Assembly: GCA_028279805.1 (NCBI GenBank)
Contig: JANQMZ010000007.1
Location: forward strand, 120,001 to 152,000
Reading direction: 5' to 3'
From: an archaeon
GTDB taxonomy: Archaea; Iainarchaeota; Iainarchaeia; Iainarchaeales; JANQMZ01
Length of the DNA stretch: 32,000 nucleotides
Below the pieces are notes generated by a model. The model was not told where the DNA came from. It did not search any database and was given only the letters and a program-made list of their open reading frames with translations. The translations under genes were made by a program, and so were the position numbers. The number at the start of each line of letters is the position of its first letter. The stretch's first letter is position 1. This document shows, piece after piece, positions 16,740 to 25,559 of the stretch.

Positions 16740-17681
16740 TCAAGCCCTCTTCAAAAAATTCTGATAAGTTTCAACAACTTCACTTATCTGGGGCGTGTTC
16801 CAGACATTTTCACCTGTCCAGTGTTCTGAAACAGACATATACATTTGTGAAGCAATGTCAATTAATTCTTTCGGCAAATTTTCAGGTTTTGGCGCGTTTT
16901 TAGGGTTTTCTTCCACTTCTTTTGCCCAGCTTGTTGTGGTATAATAATCCCTTAAAACCTGTTTATTTACATTAATTTCATTAAAAATTAACCTGTTTTC
17001 ATCCGGCGTTCCTACCACGTCAACCAGCATTAATTCTCCGGAATCATCAATTGCAAATTCCACTTTTCCGTCTGCGTGCTCCAGTCCAATGCTTTGTGAT
17101 TTTTGTGTAATCCATTCATTTATTTTTTGTGCAAAACTTTTCATTTGACTCATTTGTTCATCGGTTAAAAATGAAAGTTTTTGAGCTTCATCCCATGTTA
17201 AATATCTGTCTTTTGATTCAAGTTTTGTGGAAACATCCAGAATCGGTTTTTCAAGTTTTGTTCCCGGTTCAGGAACAAAATCCAATCCTAATTCTTCCCA
17301 CGTGGTTTCCTTTTTTTCAATTCTTTTAAAAACGCTTGAACCTTTCGGCAAAGAATTTCTGAAAATTATTTCCAATGGCACCAGATAATTTGTTTCATTT
17401 TCACTTATTTCATTTTTTTGAGGGTATAAAACGCGGACAAGTTTTACTTTCATTTCACTTCCTTTGGGCATTTCAATAAAATGGTTTTTTATTCCAAGTT
17501 TTGACAATTCTTTAAAATTGTATGAAGCCATTCTGCAAATGCTTTCCCCTTTGTTGGGAATTTCATCAGGCATTTTTCCAAAATCAAAAACAGAATAATC
17601 GTTTGTAAAATCAAATACACCCAAACCCATTTTTTCTTTTTCTGCTTTTTCAATTATTTTCAGATTTTTAACTGAACCCAT
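16740..17681 (-). CDS. purC: SAICAR synthetase (phosphoribosylaminoimidazole-succinocarboxamide synthase)
   Basis: GSVKNL ... DYSVFD ... LVPLEIIFRN ... LVDVVGTPDENR pattern. Sits between purE and purB with 0-1 nt gaps. Confidence 0.92.
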   Translation of the reverse strand: MGSVKNLKIIEKAEKEKMGLGVFDFTNDYSVFDFGKMPDEIPNKGESICRMASYNFKELSKLGIKNHFIEMPKGSEMKVKLVRVLYPQKNEISENETNYLVPLEIIFRNSLPKGSSVFKRIEKKETTWEELGLDFVPEPGTKLEKPILDVSTKLESKDRYLTWDEAQKLSFLTDEQMSQMKSFAQKINEWITQKSQSIGLEHADGKVEFAIDDSGELMLVDVVGTPDENRLIFNEINVNKQVLRDYYTTTSWAKEVEENPKNAPKPENLPKELIDIASQMYMSVSEHWTGENVWNTPQISEVVETYQNFLKRA

Positions 17682-17682
17682 T

Positions 17683-18465
17683 TTACCACCTTTCCTTTAA
17701 AATTTCTTTTTTTTTCTCCAACCTTAACTGTTTAATTTTTTTAAATGTTTTTTTTGTTCCGATAATCTGCAATGCAATTAATGCCGCGTTATCTCCCCTG
17801 TTTAAGCCTGTCCAGTTTCCTTTTTTTGACATTTTTAATAATCGTAAAGAATCTTTTGCATTGTTTTTGTTTTTAACAGGCACAAATAAAACCATTTTAT
17901 TTTTAACATCGGGAACTTTTTGCCCCAGTTTTAAAAAATCAATGTAAACCATTTTTTTTTCATCATATTTTGGTTTTTCCTGAACAATATAATTCATGTC
18001 AAGTTTTTCCAAAATTTGTCTCGCTTTATCCATTGCTTTTTCATTTTCTTTTCCTTTTCTTTTGATTAATGTTATGCCTGAAAATTTTTCTTTTTCAATC
18101 AGTGCAGCGGTTTCTGCAGCCTGTTTCCAGTTGTCAACCCCAACTCCTAAAACAGCTATTCCCGGCGGAATCTGATGAACGCTTAGCAATGCATCCAAAC
18201 CAGAATAGTTGCCTGAAACAGGGACACCAATAATTGGCTTTAAGGATAATGAAGCTAAAACACCGGGCAATGCCGCGCTTAAACCTGCTCCCCCGATTAA
18301 AACTTTTGAATTGCTTTTTTTCACGCTTTTTTCGAGCTCTTTTGGGGTTCTGTGGGCGGAAAGCACTTTTACCATTGCCTTGATTTTTTTGCGTTCAAGT
18401 TGTTTTTTTAAAGGCAAAAATACGTTTTTATCGGATGCCGAACCAAAATAAATTGAAACACTCAT
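17683..18465 (-). CDS. purE: PurE (AIR carboxylase / N5-CAIR mutase family) with a degenerate second PurE-like half
   Basis: The N-terminal ~125 aa carry GSASD, SAHRTP, GGAGLSAALPG and IIGVPV. The C-terminal ~135 aa align by eye to a second PurE repeat (VLFVPV ... DSLRLL ... NAALIALQIIG) but lack the SAHR and GGAG motifs. Confidence 0.85.
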   Translation of the reverse strand: MSVSIYFGSASDKNVFLPLKKQLERKKIKAMVKVLSAHRTPKELEKSVKKSNSKVLIGGAGLSAALPGVLASLSLKPIIGVPVSGNYSGLDALLSVHQIPPGIAVLGVGVDNWKQAAETAALIEKEKFSGITLIKRKGKENEKAMDKARQILEKLDMNYIVQEKPKYDEKKMVYIDFLKLGQKVPDVKNKMVLFVPVKNKNNAKDSLRLLKMSKKGNWTGLNRGDNAALIALQIIGTKKTFKKIKQLRLEKKKEILKERW

Positions 18466-18522
18466 GTTTTCACAGAAAATTTTGATAGAAAAAGATTAAA
18501 TATTTAGTCTTATTTTTTTTAC

Positions 18523-19806
18523 ATGGATAAAAAACAGGCAGTTGAATATTTAGAATCATTTGACTCTTTTAAAAAAGAATTCACGCTTGACAACATAAAA
18601 AAATTGCTGGCAGAATTTGACAATCCTCAGAATTCTTTTAAAAGCATTAAAATTGCAGGAACAAACGGCAAAGGCTCAACATCTTCTTTTTTAAGCTCAA
18701 TTTTAAAATCAGCGGGATTCAAAACAGGTCTGGTTTTAAGCCCGCATGTTCTGGATTATAATGAAAGAATTCAGGTTAATGGCAAGCCAATTTCAGATGA
18801 AAATTTTGCAAAATTTATTGAAATTGTTAAAAACAAAGTTGAAGAAAAAAAAATTGAATCAAGCTTGTTTGAAATTCTGACAACAGCACAATTTTTATAT
18901 TTTAAAGAACAAAAAATAGACTTTGCTGTTCTGGAAATTGGTCTTGGCGGAAGACTGGATGCAATAAACACAGCTCAAAGCATTATAACCATTATTACAA
19001 ATGTTGAAATAGAACATGCAAATGTTTTAGGTTCAACTTTTGAACAAATTGCTCTGGAAAAATCAGAAGCTTTAAATGAAAACTCTGTTTTAATAACATC
19101 TGAAGGAAAACCAAATGTTTTGGAAGTGTTTGAACAAAAAGTTTTGGAAAAAAATTCTGAATTTTTTGCATTAAAAGTTGACTTTGATTATAAAACAATT
19201 AATGAAAGTATTGAAGAACAGGAATTTGACTTTAATTTTAATGACAAAATTTTAAAATCACTCAGAACAAAAATAATCGGGCCTCACCAGTTTAAAAATG
19301 CGTCACTTGCAGTTGCAGCTGCAATTGTTTTAAACAATAAGGGCTTTGAAGTTGATGATGAAAGCATTCGCTTAGGCTTAATGGATGCACATATTCCGGC
19401 AAGATTTCAAAAAGTTTTTGACAACCCTTTAATTTTTCTGGATTCTGCTCACAATCCTTCAGGGTGCATGGCTTTGTCAAGAACAATTAAAAGAATTTTA
19501 AAAGACAAAACAATAACACTTGTTTTTGGGTGTTCTGAAGACAAAAACTATAAGGAAATGCTGTCAATTTTACTTCCTTTAGCCAAAAGAGTGTATTTTA
19601 CACAGGCAAAATACAGAGGCAGGGACGCACAGGACTTATCAGATTCAACTCTCGCCATCAAACCGGGAATTGAATCCTATGTCATTCCGGATGTGCAAAA
19701 AGCGGTTTTAAAGGCCAAAAGTGATGTTCCAAGTTCTAATGCTTTAATTGTATGCGGCTCAATTTTTCTGGTTTCAGAAGCATTAAAAGTTTTAGAGCAA
19801 AAATAA
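18523..19806 (+). CDS. folC: Folylpolyglutamate synthase / dihydrofolate synthase
   Basis: IKIAGTNGKGSTSSFLSSIL P-loop of the Mur-ligase/FolC family. LSPHV ... ERI and VLEIGLGGRLD motifs. Confidence 0.9.
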   Translation: MDKKQAVEYLESFDSFKKEFTLDNIKKLLAEFDNPQNSFKSIKIAGTNGKGSTSSFLSSILKSAGFKTGLVLSPHVLDYNERIQVNGKPISDENFAKFIEIVKNKVEEKKIESSLFEILTTAQFLYFKEQKIDFAVLEIGLGGRLDAINTAQSIITIITNVEIEHANVLGSTFEQIALEKSEALNENSVLITSEGKPNVLEVFEQKVLEKNSEFFALKVDFDYKTINESIEEQEFDFNFNDKILKSLRTKIIGPHQFKNASLAVAAAIVLNNKGFEVDDESIRLGLMDAHIPARFQKVFDNPLIFLDSAHNPSGCMALSRTIKRILKDKTITLVFGCSEDKNYKEMLSILLPLAKRVYFTQAKYRGRDAQDLSDSTLAIKPGIESYVIPDVQKAVLKAKSDVPSSNALIVCGSIFLVSEALKVLEQK

Positions 19807-19868
19807 TGAGAAGTTTTTTAAACAGTTTAAGCTTTCATAGTTAGCAATTATTTTGGGGGTTTTTTTTA

Positions 19869-20567
19869 ATGTTTTCAGATTTTTTTAACAGAAAAAAAAT
19901 TTTGTTCCTGTTTATTTTTGCAATTTTAAGCTTTGTTGCTTTTCACATAAATGTTGCACAAATTGTAGGAATAGATAACCAGTTTTTTACATTGTTTCAG
20001 ATGATTGGGCCTTTGCCGGGAATTTTTTTGGGACCTTTTGTGGGAATTGCAGCTGTTTTAATTGCACAAATTACCAATTATTTTTTTCTTGGAAGAGCTT
20101 TTGATGTAATAGGAATTGCAAGACTTTTGCCAATGTTGTTTGCTGTTTACTATTTTGGCACAAGCAAAAATGATTTGAAAAAAATCGGCGCACCAATTGC
20201 AGCAATTCTGGCTTTTGTAACTCATCCGGTCGGAATGCAGGCCTGGTTTTTTTCATTATTCTGGTTAATTCCGGTTTTTGTAATTTTTTCAGATAATTTG
20301 TTTCTGAAAAGCCTTGGAACAACTTTTACAGCGCATGCAGTCGGGGGCGCGGTGTGGATTCATACTTTTCCCACAACACCTGAATTTTGGACAGCGTTGA
20401 TTCCGGTTGTTGCAACTGAAAGATTGTTGTTTGCGGTTGGAATTGCGGCAAGTTTTGTCATTTTAAACACTGTTTTGAACAAAGTTGAATCTGTTCTGAA
20501 TACAGGTGTGTTAAATATTGACAAAAAATATGTTTTAAGCAAAAAATTGTTCAGGTTAAATGCCTGA
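19869..20567 (+). CDS. Uncharacterised integral membrane protein (~6 TM), possibly ECF-S-component-like
   Basis: Hydrophobic throughout. Gly/Pro-rich helix segment IGPLPGIFLGPFVGIAAVLIAQ. Lies between folC and glyA on the same strand. The family assignment is a guess. Confidence 0.5.
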   Translation: MFSDFFNRKKILFLFIFAILSFVAFHINVAQIVGIDNQFFTLFQMIGPLPGIFLGPFVGIAAVLIAQITNYFFLGRAFDVIGIARLLPMLFAVYYFGTSKNDLKKIGAPIAAILAFVTHPVGMQAWFFSLFWLIPVFVIFSDNLFLKSLGTTFTAHAVGGAVWIHTFPTTPEFWTALIPVVATERLLFAVGIAASFVILNTVLNKVESVLNTGVLNIDKKYVLSKKLFRLNA

Positions 20568-20583
20568 ACACCCTGTTTTTTTT
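20550..20583 (+). terminator. Terminator-like hairpin plus T8 at the end of the membrane-protein gene
   Basis: TTCAGG (20550-20555) pairs with CCTGAA (20563-20568) over a 7-nt loop that overlaps the stop-codon region. TTTTTTTT at 20576-20583. Confidence 0.4.
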
Positions 20584-20593
20584 CCTGGGCTTT

Positions 20594-20610
20594 ACTTTAA
20601 AAACACTTTA
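20594..20610 (+). promoter_or_regulatory. TATA-like promoter element upstream of glyA
   Basis: CTTTAAAAACACTTTA lies about 30-45 nt upstream of the glyA ATG. SD GGTGA sits 5 nt before the ATG. A similar element precedes purN. Confidence 0.35.
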
Positions 20611-20638
20611 TTGTTAATTTCTTTTTTCCGGTGAAAAA

Positions 20639-21889
20639 ATGCCTTCAATGCATCTTGACAAAGTAAAAGAATTTGATTCTGAACTGCATGGCATGCTTTT
20701 AAGGGAGCAGCAGAGGCAAATGGACGGCATTGAATTGATTCCAAGCGAAAACATTGTTTCAGACGCTGTTTTGGAAGCAATGGGTTCTGTTCCCACAAAC
20801 AAATATTCAGAGGGTTATCCGGGTAAAAGATATTATGGTGGAAACGAGGTCATTGATGAAATTGAAAATCTTGCAATTAACCGTTTAAAAAAATTGTTTG
20901 ACTGTGAACATGCAAATGTTCAGCCTTTATCCGGTTCTCCTGCAAACATGGCAGCTTATTCCGCTTTGTTAAAGCCAAATGATACAATAATGGGTTTAAG
21001 GCTTGATATGGGCGGGCATTTAACTCATGGCTATAAAATTAATTTTTCAGGACAATTTTTTAAAGGAGAACCATATGTTCTGGATAAAAAAACGGAATTG
21101 CTTGACTATGATGAAATTTTAAAACAGGCAAAAACAGTTAAACCAGGAGTAATTGTTTCAGGTTATTCTGCTTATCCGAGAAAAATTGATTTTAAGCATT
21201 TTAAGGAAATTTGTGAAGAAGTTGATGCCTATTCAATGGCTGACATTGCACACATTGCAGGATTAATTGTAGGAAAACAGCATGACAATCCTTTTCCTCA
21301 TACCGATGTTGTTACAACCACAACCCATAAGACTTTGCGCGGCCCGAGAGGCGCTGCAATTATGTGCAAAGAAGAATTTGCACAGGCAATTGACAAAGCT
21401 GTTTTTCCGGGAATGCAAGGAGGCCCTCACGAACACATTGTTGCAGCCAAAGCTGTTGCATTCAAAGAATGTTTAATGCCGGAATTTGAAGAATATGCAA
21501 AACAAATTGTGTTAAATGCAAAGGCAATGGCTTCAGAATTAATGGAAAAAGGCTGGCGATTAGTTTCAAACGGCACTGATAATCATTTAATGCTGGTTGA
21601 CGTGTGGAGTGAAAACATTACAGGAAAAGATGCAGAACTTGCTTTGGAACAGGTTGGAATTTATTGTAACAAAAACACAATTCCGTGGGATGAACGCTCC
21701 CCTTTTAACCCGTCAGGCATCAGGATAGGCACGCCTGTTCTGACTACGCGGGGAATGAAAGAATCTGAATCAAAACTTATTGCAGAATTGATTGATAAAA
21801 CTTTAAAAAACAAGGATAATGTTTCAGCTAAAAAAAGAATCAAACAGGAAGTTAAAGAATTGTGCCAAAAATTTGTTTTTTATGATTAA
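20639..21889 (+). CDS. glyA: Serine hydroxymethyltransferase
   Basis: LIPSENIVS, YSEGYPGKRYYGG, and the PLP-lysine motif VVTTTTHKTLRGPRG. Confidence 0.97.
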   Translation: MPSMHLDKVKEFDSELHGMLLREQQRQMDGIELIPSENIVSDAVLEAMGSVPTNKYSEGYPGKRYYGGNEVIDEIENLAINRLKKLFDCEHANVQPLSGSPANMAAYSALLKPNDTIMGLRLDMGGHLTHGYKINFSGQFFKGEPYVLDKKTELLDYDEILKQAKTVKPGVIVSGYSAYPRKIDFKHFKEICEEVDAYSMADIAHIAGLIVGKQHDNPFPHTDVVTTTTHKTLRGPRGAAIMCKEEFAQAIDKAVFPGMQGGPHEHIVAAKAVAFKECLMPEFEEYAKQIVLNAKAMASELMEKGWRLVSNGTDNHLMLVDVWSENITGKDAELALEQVGIYCNKNTIPWDERSPFNPSGIRIGTPVLTTRGMKESESKLIAELIDKTLKNKDNVSAKKRIKQEVKELCQKFVFYD

Positions 21890-21891
21890 AA

Positions 21892-22743
21892 ATGTCTGCA
21901 AAAATAATTGACGGAAAACTTATTTCAAAACAGGTTCTTGAAAGTGTTGCACAGGATTTTAAAAATTTAAAACAAAAAAATATTGTTCCCGGTTTGGCTG
22001 TTGTTCTGGTTGGAAATGATCCGGCTTCTGTTTTGTATGTTGAAAAAAAACAACAGGCATGCAAAAACCTGGGTTTTTTTTCTGTTAAAATTTCTTTGGC
22101 TGAAAATGTTTCAGAAAAAGAATTATTGAATGAAATTGAAAAGCTGAACAATGATAAAAAAATTCACGGAATTTTGGTGCAGCTGCCTTTGCCAAAACAT
22201 GTTAACACTGAAAAAATTATTGAAGCCATTTCTCCAAAAAAAGATGTAGACGGTTTCACATCCCAGAATCTTGGAAAAATTGCTCTGGGTTTGGAAAAAG
22301 ATGCTTTGGTGTCATGCACTCCCAAAGGCGTTATTAAATTAATTGAATCAACTGGCACTGAAATTAAAGGCAAAAATGTAACAGTTGTGGGCAAAAGCAT
22401 TACTGTAGGCAAACCATTGTCTTTGTTGCTGTTAAATAGGAATGCAACTTTGACTGTGTGTGACAAGTTTACAAAAAACTTAAAACAAAAATGTTTAAAT
22501 GCAGACATTTTAATTTCCGCAACAGGAAAAGCCGAATTGATAACAAAAGAAATGGTTAAACCTGAAGCCGTTGTTCTGGATGTCGGCACAAAAAAAATAG
22601 GGAACAAAGTTGTGGGAGATGTTGTTTTTGAAGATGTTAAAGAAAAAGCTTCTTTTATTACTCCTGTGCCCGGCGGTGTCGGGCCGATGACTGTTGCCTG
22701 TTTGATGGAAAACACTTTACTGGCTGCGAAAAACTCTTTATGA
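21892..22743 (+). CDS. folD: Bifunctional 5,10-methylene-THF dehydrogenase / methenyl-THF cyclohydrolase
   Basis: IIDGK ... PGLAVVLVGNDPAS.LYV, GILVQLPLPKH, DVDGF, VVGKS..VGKPL, PVPGGVGPMTVA. Starts 2 nt after the glyA stop. Confidence 0.96.
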   Translation: MSAKIIDGKLISKQVLESVAQDFKNLKQKNIVPGLAVVLVGNDPASVLYVEKKQQACKNLGFFSVKISLAENVSEKELLNEIEKLNNDKKIHGILVQLPLPKHVNTEKIIEAISPKKDVDGFTSQNLGKIALGLEKDALVSCTPKGVIKLIESTGTEIKGKNVTVVGKSITVGKPLSLLLLNRNATLTVCDKFTKNLKQKCLNADILISATGKAELITKEMVKPEAVVLDVGTKKIGNKVVGDVVFEDVKEKASFITPVPGGVGPMTVACLMENTLLAAKNSL

Positions 22744-22747
22744 ACAA

Positions 22748-22782
22748 TTCGGCTTAAACCGAACAAAAAACAATCCTTTTTT
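22748..22782 (+). terminator. Weak terminator-like hairpin after folD
   Basis: TTCGG (22748-22752) pairs with CCGAA (22759-22763) over a 6-nt loop. The T6 run follows only 14 nt later, so this is weak. Confidence 0.25.
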
Positions 22783-22807
22783 AATAATCAAGGCAAATAA
22801 TTATTCC

Positions 22808-24847
22808 ATGGCTTCAAAAAATTTTATGATTGTTCTGGTTGCATTTGTTTTAATTGCAGCTGTTCTGATTTCAGACAATTCTGAAAAAATATCAGGATAT
22901 TCAGAATCAGAAATTCCAAAATTTGCATCATGCACTGAATTAAAAAAAACGTTTGATGAGGCCCGTTTGAAAGGCGGGCGTGGTTTTGGCATTGAAGCTG
23001 ATATTTTAACAGCAGGCGCAACAACTGATGTTACAACCGATTCAACAACAGCACAATCCGAATCTTCATCCACTCCCGGTTCTGTGTCGCCTGATTTTTC
23101 CGGCACAAATGTTCAGGTTGAGGGCGTTGACGAAGCTGATTTTTTAAAAACGGATGGAAAATTTATTTACCAGTTGTCTCAAGGGAGTATGGCAATTTCA
23201 CAGGCTTATCCTGCTGAAAAAGCTGAATTGTTTTCTTTAACAAAACTGGATGAAGATTTTAATCCTCAGGAAATGCTTGTGCATGGAAATACTTTGATTT
23301 TGTTCGGACAAACTTTTCAGAGAATTTTATACCCTGAACCGATTCCGACTCCTGTTATAGGCTTGCCTGAAGTTTCCGAGAGTATTGCTCCCGGTGAATA
23401 TTATCCTCCTTATTACAGGAAAAATTTTACAACAATTCAGTTATGGGATGTAAGCAATAAGGGAAATCCTGAACTTAAAAGAACAATTGATTTTGAAGGG
23501 CAATACAGGGAGTCAAGAAAAATAGGTTCAGATGTTTATTTTGTTATAACAAGTTATCCTCATTATGCAATTTTTGAAAGCGAAACAGCTGATGATGCAC
23601 TTGTTCCTGTTGTAAGAGATTCAAAGGAAAATGAGGATTTTGAAAAAATTGGTGAATGCGGAACAATTGGTTATCTGCCTCCGGTTCGTGCAGAATCTTT
23701 TATAACGGTTGCTTCACTTGATCTGGATTCTTTTGATTCTGAAATTGAAAAAGAAACAGTTGTGGGTTCAGGGCAAAATGTTTATGCTTCAACAAACAAC
23801 CTGTATTTTGCTGAAACAACTTATGATTATGTAATTGCAGAGCCTTTAGATAAAAGAATGGGAATTTTGCCGATAAGAAACACTGTTCAGCAGACACACA
23901 TTCACAAGTTTTCACTGGACAACGGCAAAATTGATTATCAGGGAAATGGTGAAGCTCCGGGCAGAATTTTGAACCAGTTTTCAATGGATGAATTTGAAAA
24001 CAATTTCAGAATTGCCACAACAACAGATAATGCTTTAATAAATGGCAACAGAACAACTTCAAACAATGTTTATGTTCTGGATTCAGAATTAAATTTGATT
24101 GGAAGTTTGGAAGAACTGGCACCGGGCGAACAAATTTTTTCAGCAAGATTTATGGGAAGCAAGCTTTACATGGTTACTTTTCAAAAAATTGACCCTTTGT
24201 TTGTAATTGATTTGTCTGAACCAAAAAATCCAAAAGTTTTGGGCAAATTAAAAATTCCCGGCTTTAGTGATTATTTACATCCTTTTGATGACAAACATAT
24301 TATTGGTGTCGGAAAGGAAGCAATTGAAGCTGAACAGGGAAACTTTGCATGGTATCAGGGCTTAAAACTTGCATTGTTTGATGTTTCAGATGTTGAAAAT
24401 CCTGTTCAGCTGCACCAGCAAATTATTGGGGACAGGGGAACAGAATCTTATGCTTTAAATGACCATAAAGCTTTTTTGTTTGACAGGGAAAGAGAATTGC
24501 TTGTGTTGCCTGTAACTCTGGCTGAAATTAAAAACAAGGATACAGCTAAAACCAATACTTTTGGTGAATTTGTTTTTCAGGGTTCTTATGTTTTTAATTT
24601 GACAACTGAAAATGGTTTTGAGTTGCGTGACAGAATAACACACAATGAAGATGATGAAATTTTTACAAAATCAGGGCATTATTTTTTTGGCAATAATTTT
24701 TCCATTAAAAGAGCTTTATATATTGATGACATTCTTTACACTGTTTCAGATGGAAAAATTTTGGGCAATTCTTTGAATGATTTGGAAGAACTGGTTAAAA
24801 TTAATATTCCTGTAAAGGAAACCCCTGTTTATTACGGTTTTGAATAA
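22808..24847 (+). CDS. Secreted or membrane-anchored beta-propeller domain protein (Beta_propel/PF09826-like)
   Basis: N-terminal signal anchor MASKNFMIVLVAFVLIAAVLI. C-terminal region SARFMGSKLYMVTFQKIDPLFVIDLSEPKNPKVLGKLKIPGFSDYLHPFDDKHIIGVG matches what I remember of this family. Confidence 0.75.
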   Translation: MASKNFMIVLVAFVLIAAVLISDNSEKISGYSESEIPKFASCTELKKTFDEARLKGGRGFGIEADILTAGATTDVTTDSTTAQSESSSTPGSVSPDFSGTNVQVEGVDEADFLKTDGKFIYQLSQGSMAISQAYPAEKAELFSLTKLDEDFNPQEMLVHGNTLILFGQTFQRILYPEPIPTPVIGLPEVSESIAPGEYYPPYYRKNFTTIQLWDVSNKGNPELKRTIDFEGQYRESRKIGSDVYFVITSYPHYAIFESETADDALVPVVRDSKENEDFEKIGECGTIGYLPPVRAESFITVASLDLDSFDSEIEKETVVGSGQNVYASTNNLYFAETTYDYVIAEPLDKRMGILPIRNTVQQTHIHKFSLDNGKIDYQGNGEAPGRILNQFSMDEFENNFRIATTTDNALINGNRTTSNNVYVLDSELNLIGSLEELAPGEQIFSARFMGSKLYMVTFQKIDPLFVIDLSEPKNPKVLGKLKIPGFSDYLHPFDDKHIIGVGKEAIEAEQGNFAWYQGLKLALFDVSDVENPVQLHQQIIGDRGTESYALNDHKAFLFDRERELLVLPVTLAEIKNKDTAKTNTFGEFVFQGSYVFNLTTENGFELRDRITHNEDDEIFTKSGHYFFGNNFSIKRALYIDDILYTVSDGKILGNSLNDLEELVKINIPVKETPVYYGFE

Positions 24848-24859
24848 AGCCCGATAAAA

Positions 24860-24876
24860 CACTTTTAAACACTTTG
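24860..24876 (+). promoter_or_regulatory. TATA-like promoter element upstream of purN
   Basis: CACTTTTAAACACTTTG lies about 33-49 nt upstream of the purN ATG. It resembles the glyA upstream element. Confidence 0.35.
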
Positions 24877-24908
24877 CTCATTAGATTTTTCCTGGGTTGG
24901 AATATTTC

Positions 24909-25559
24909 ATGGCCAAAAAGCTTGTTTTGGGAATTCTTGGTTCAACAAAGGGAAGTGATTTGCCTGCAATAATTAATGCAGTTGAACATGAAGAAATTAA
25001 CGCTGAAATCGGTGTTATTGTTTCTGATAAAAAAAATTCAGGAATTTTAAAAAAAGCAAAAGAAGCAAAATTAAACAATGTTTTTATTGACCCTAAAGGA
25101 AAAGAACGAGAACAATTTGACCAAGAAATAATGAACGTTTTAAAAGAAAACAAAGTAAACCTGGTTATTTTAATTGGTTACATGCGTTTGTTCGGAAAAA
25201 AGTTTGTTAAAAGATGGGGGCACAGGTGCATGAATGTTCATCCTTCACTGCTTCCTGCTTTTGCCGGCGGAATGAACAAAAATGTTCATAAAGCTGTATT
25301 AAAGTCCGGCGTAAAAGTATCCGGTTGTACTTTGCATTTTGTTTCACATGAAGCTGATTCCGGGCCAATAATTTTGCAAAGAGCTGTTCCCATTTATGAA
25401 AAAGACAATGTTAATTCTCTTAAGGAAAGAGTTCAGGAAGCTGAACAGGAAATACTTGTTAAAGGAATAAGGCTTTATCAGGAAGAAAGACTTGAAATTA
25501 AAAGACACAAGGTGAAAATTCTTGAAAGTGAAGAGAGCCCTGATATCCACATGGAATAA
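24909..25559 (+). CDS. purN: Phosphoribosylglycinamide formyltransferase (folate-dependent)
   Basis: LVLGILGSTKGSDLPAII, NVHPSLLPAFAG and SGCTLHFVSHEADSGPIILQ motifs. Start taken at the first ATG (MAKKLVLG). Confidence 0.93.
   Translation: MAKKLVLGILGSTKGSDLPAIINAVEHEEINAEIGVIVSDKKNSGILKKAKEAKLNNVFIDPKGKEREQFDQEIMNVLKENKVNLVILIGYMRLFGKKFVKRWGHRCMNVHPSLLPAFAGGMNKNVHKAVLKSGVKVSGCTLHFVSHEADSGPIILQRAVPIYEKDNVNSLKERVQEAEQEILVKGIRLYQEERLEIKRHKVKILESEESPDIHME

Noticed and set aside
18496-18506. Palindromic TTAAATATTTA as a single bidirectional TATA box for purE and folC
   Set aside because: The geometry fits purE, about 36 nt from its ATG. It lies only about 22 nt from the folC ATG, which would put the transcription start inside folC. 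The element cannot be resolved without TSS data, so it is not reported as a feature.
20568-20638. Possible ZTP (pfl) or THF riboswitch upstream of glyA, purN or purH, prompted by the CCTGGGC fragment that resembles part of the ZTP 3' element
   Set aside because: The spacer is only 71 nt and mostly T/A. The upstream ZTP subdomain and the CCGCC portion preceding CUGGGC are absent. These riboswitches are bacterial and this host is archaeal. The fragment is reported only as a short shared motif.
22164-22766. 200-aa minus-strand ORF antisense to folD. Similar long antisense or off-frame ORFs occur at 750-941, 984-1406, 4127-4510, 7910-8371, 15869-16257, 21852-22151, 22801-23106, 28117-28470 and 29311-29619, and the ORF track also lists ORFs inside purL at 31010-31824.
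   Set aside because: Each lies fully inside a gene with strong family motifs on the opposite strand or in another frame. Their translations are low-complexity (Phe/Ser/Leu/Lys-rich) as expected for shadows of AT-rich coding sequence, and none has an SD.
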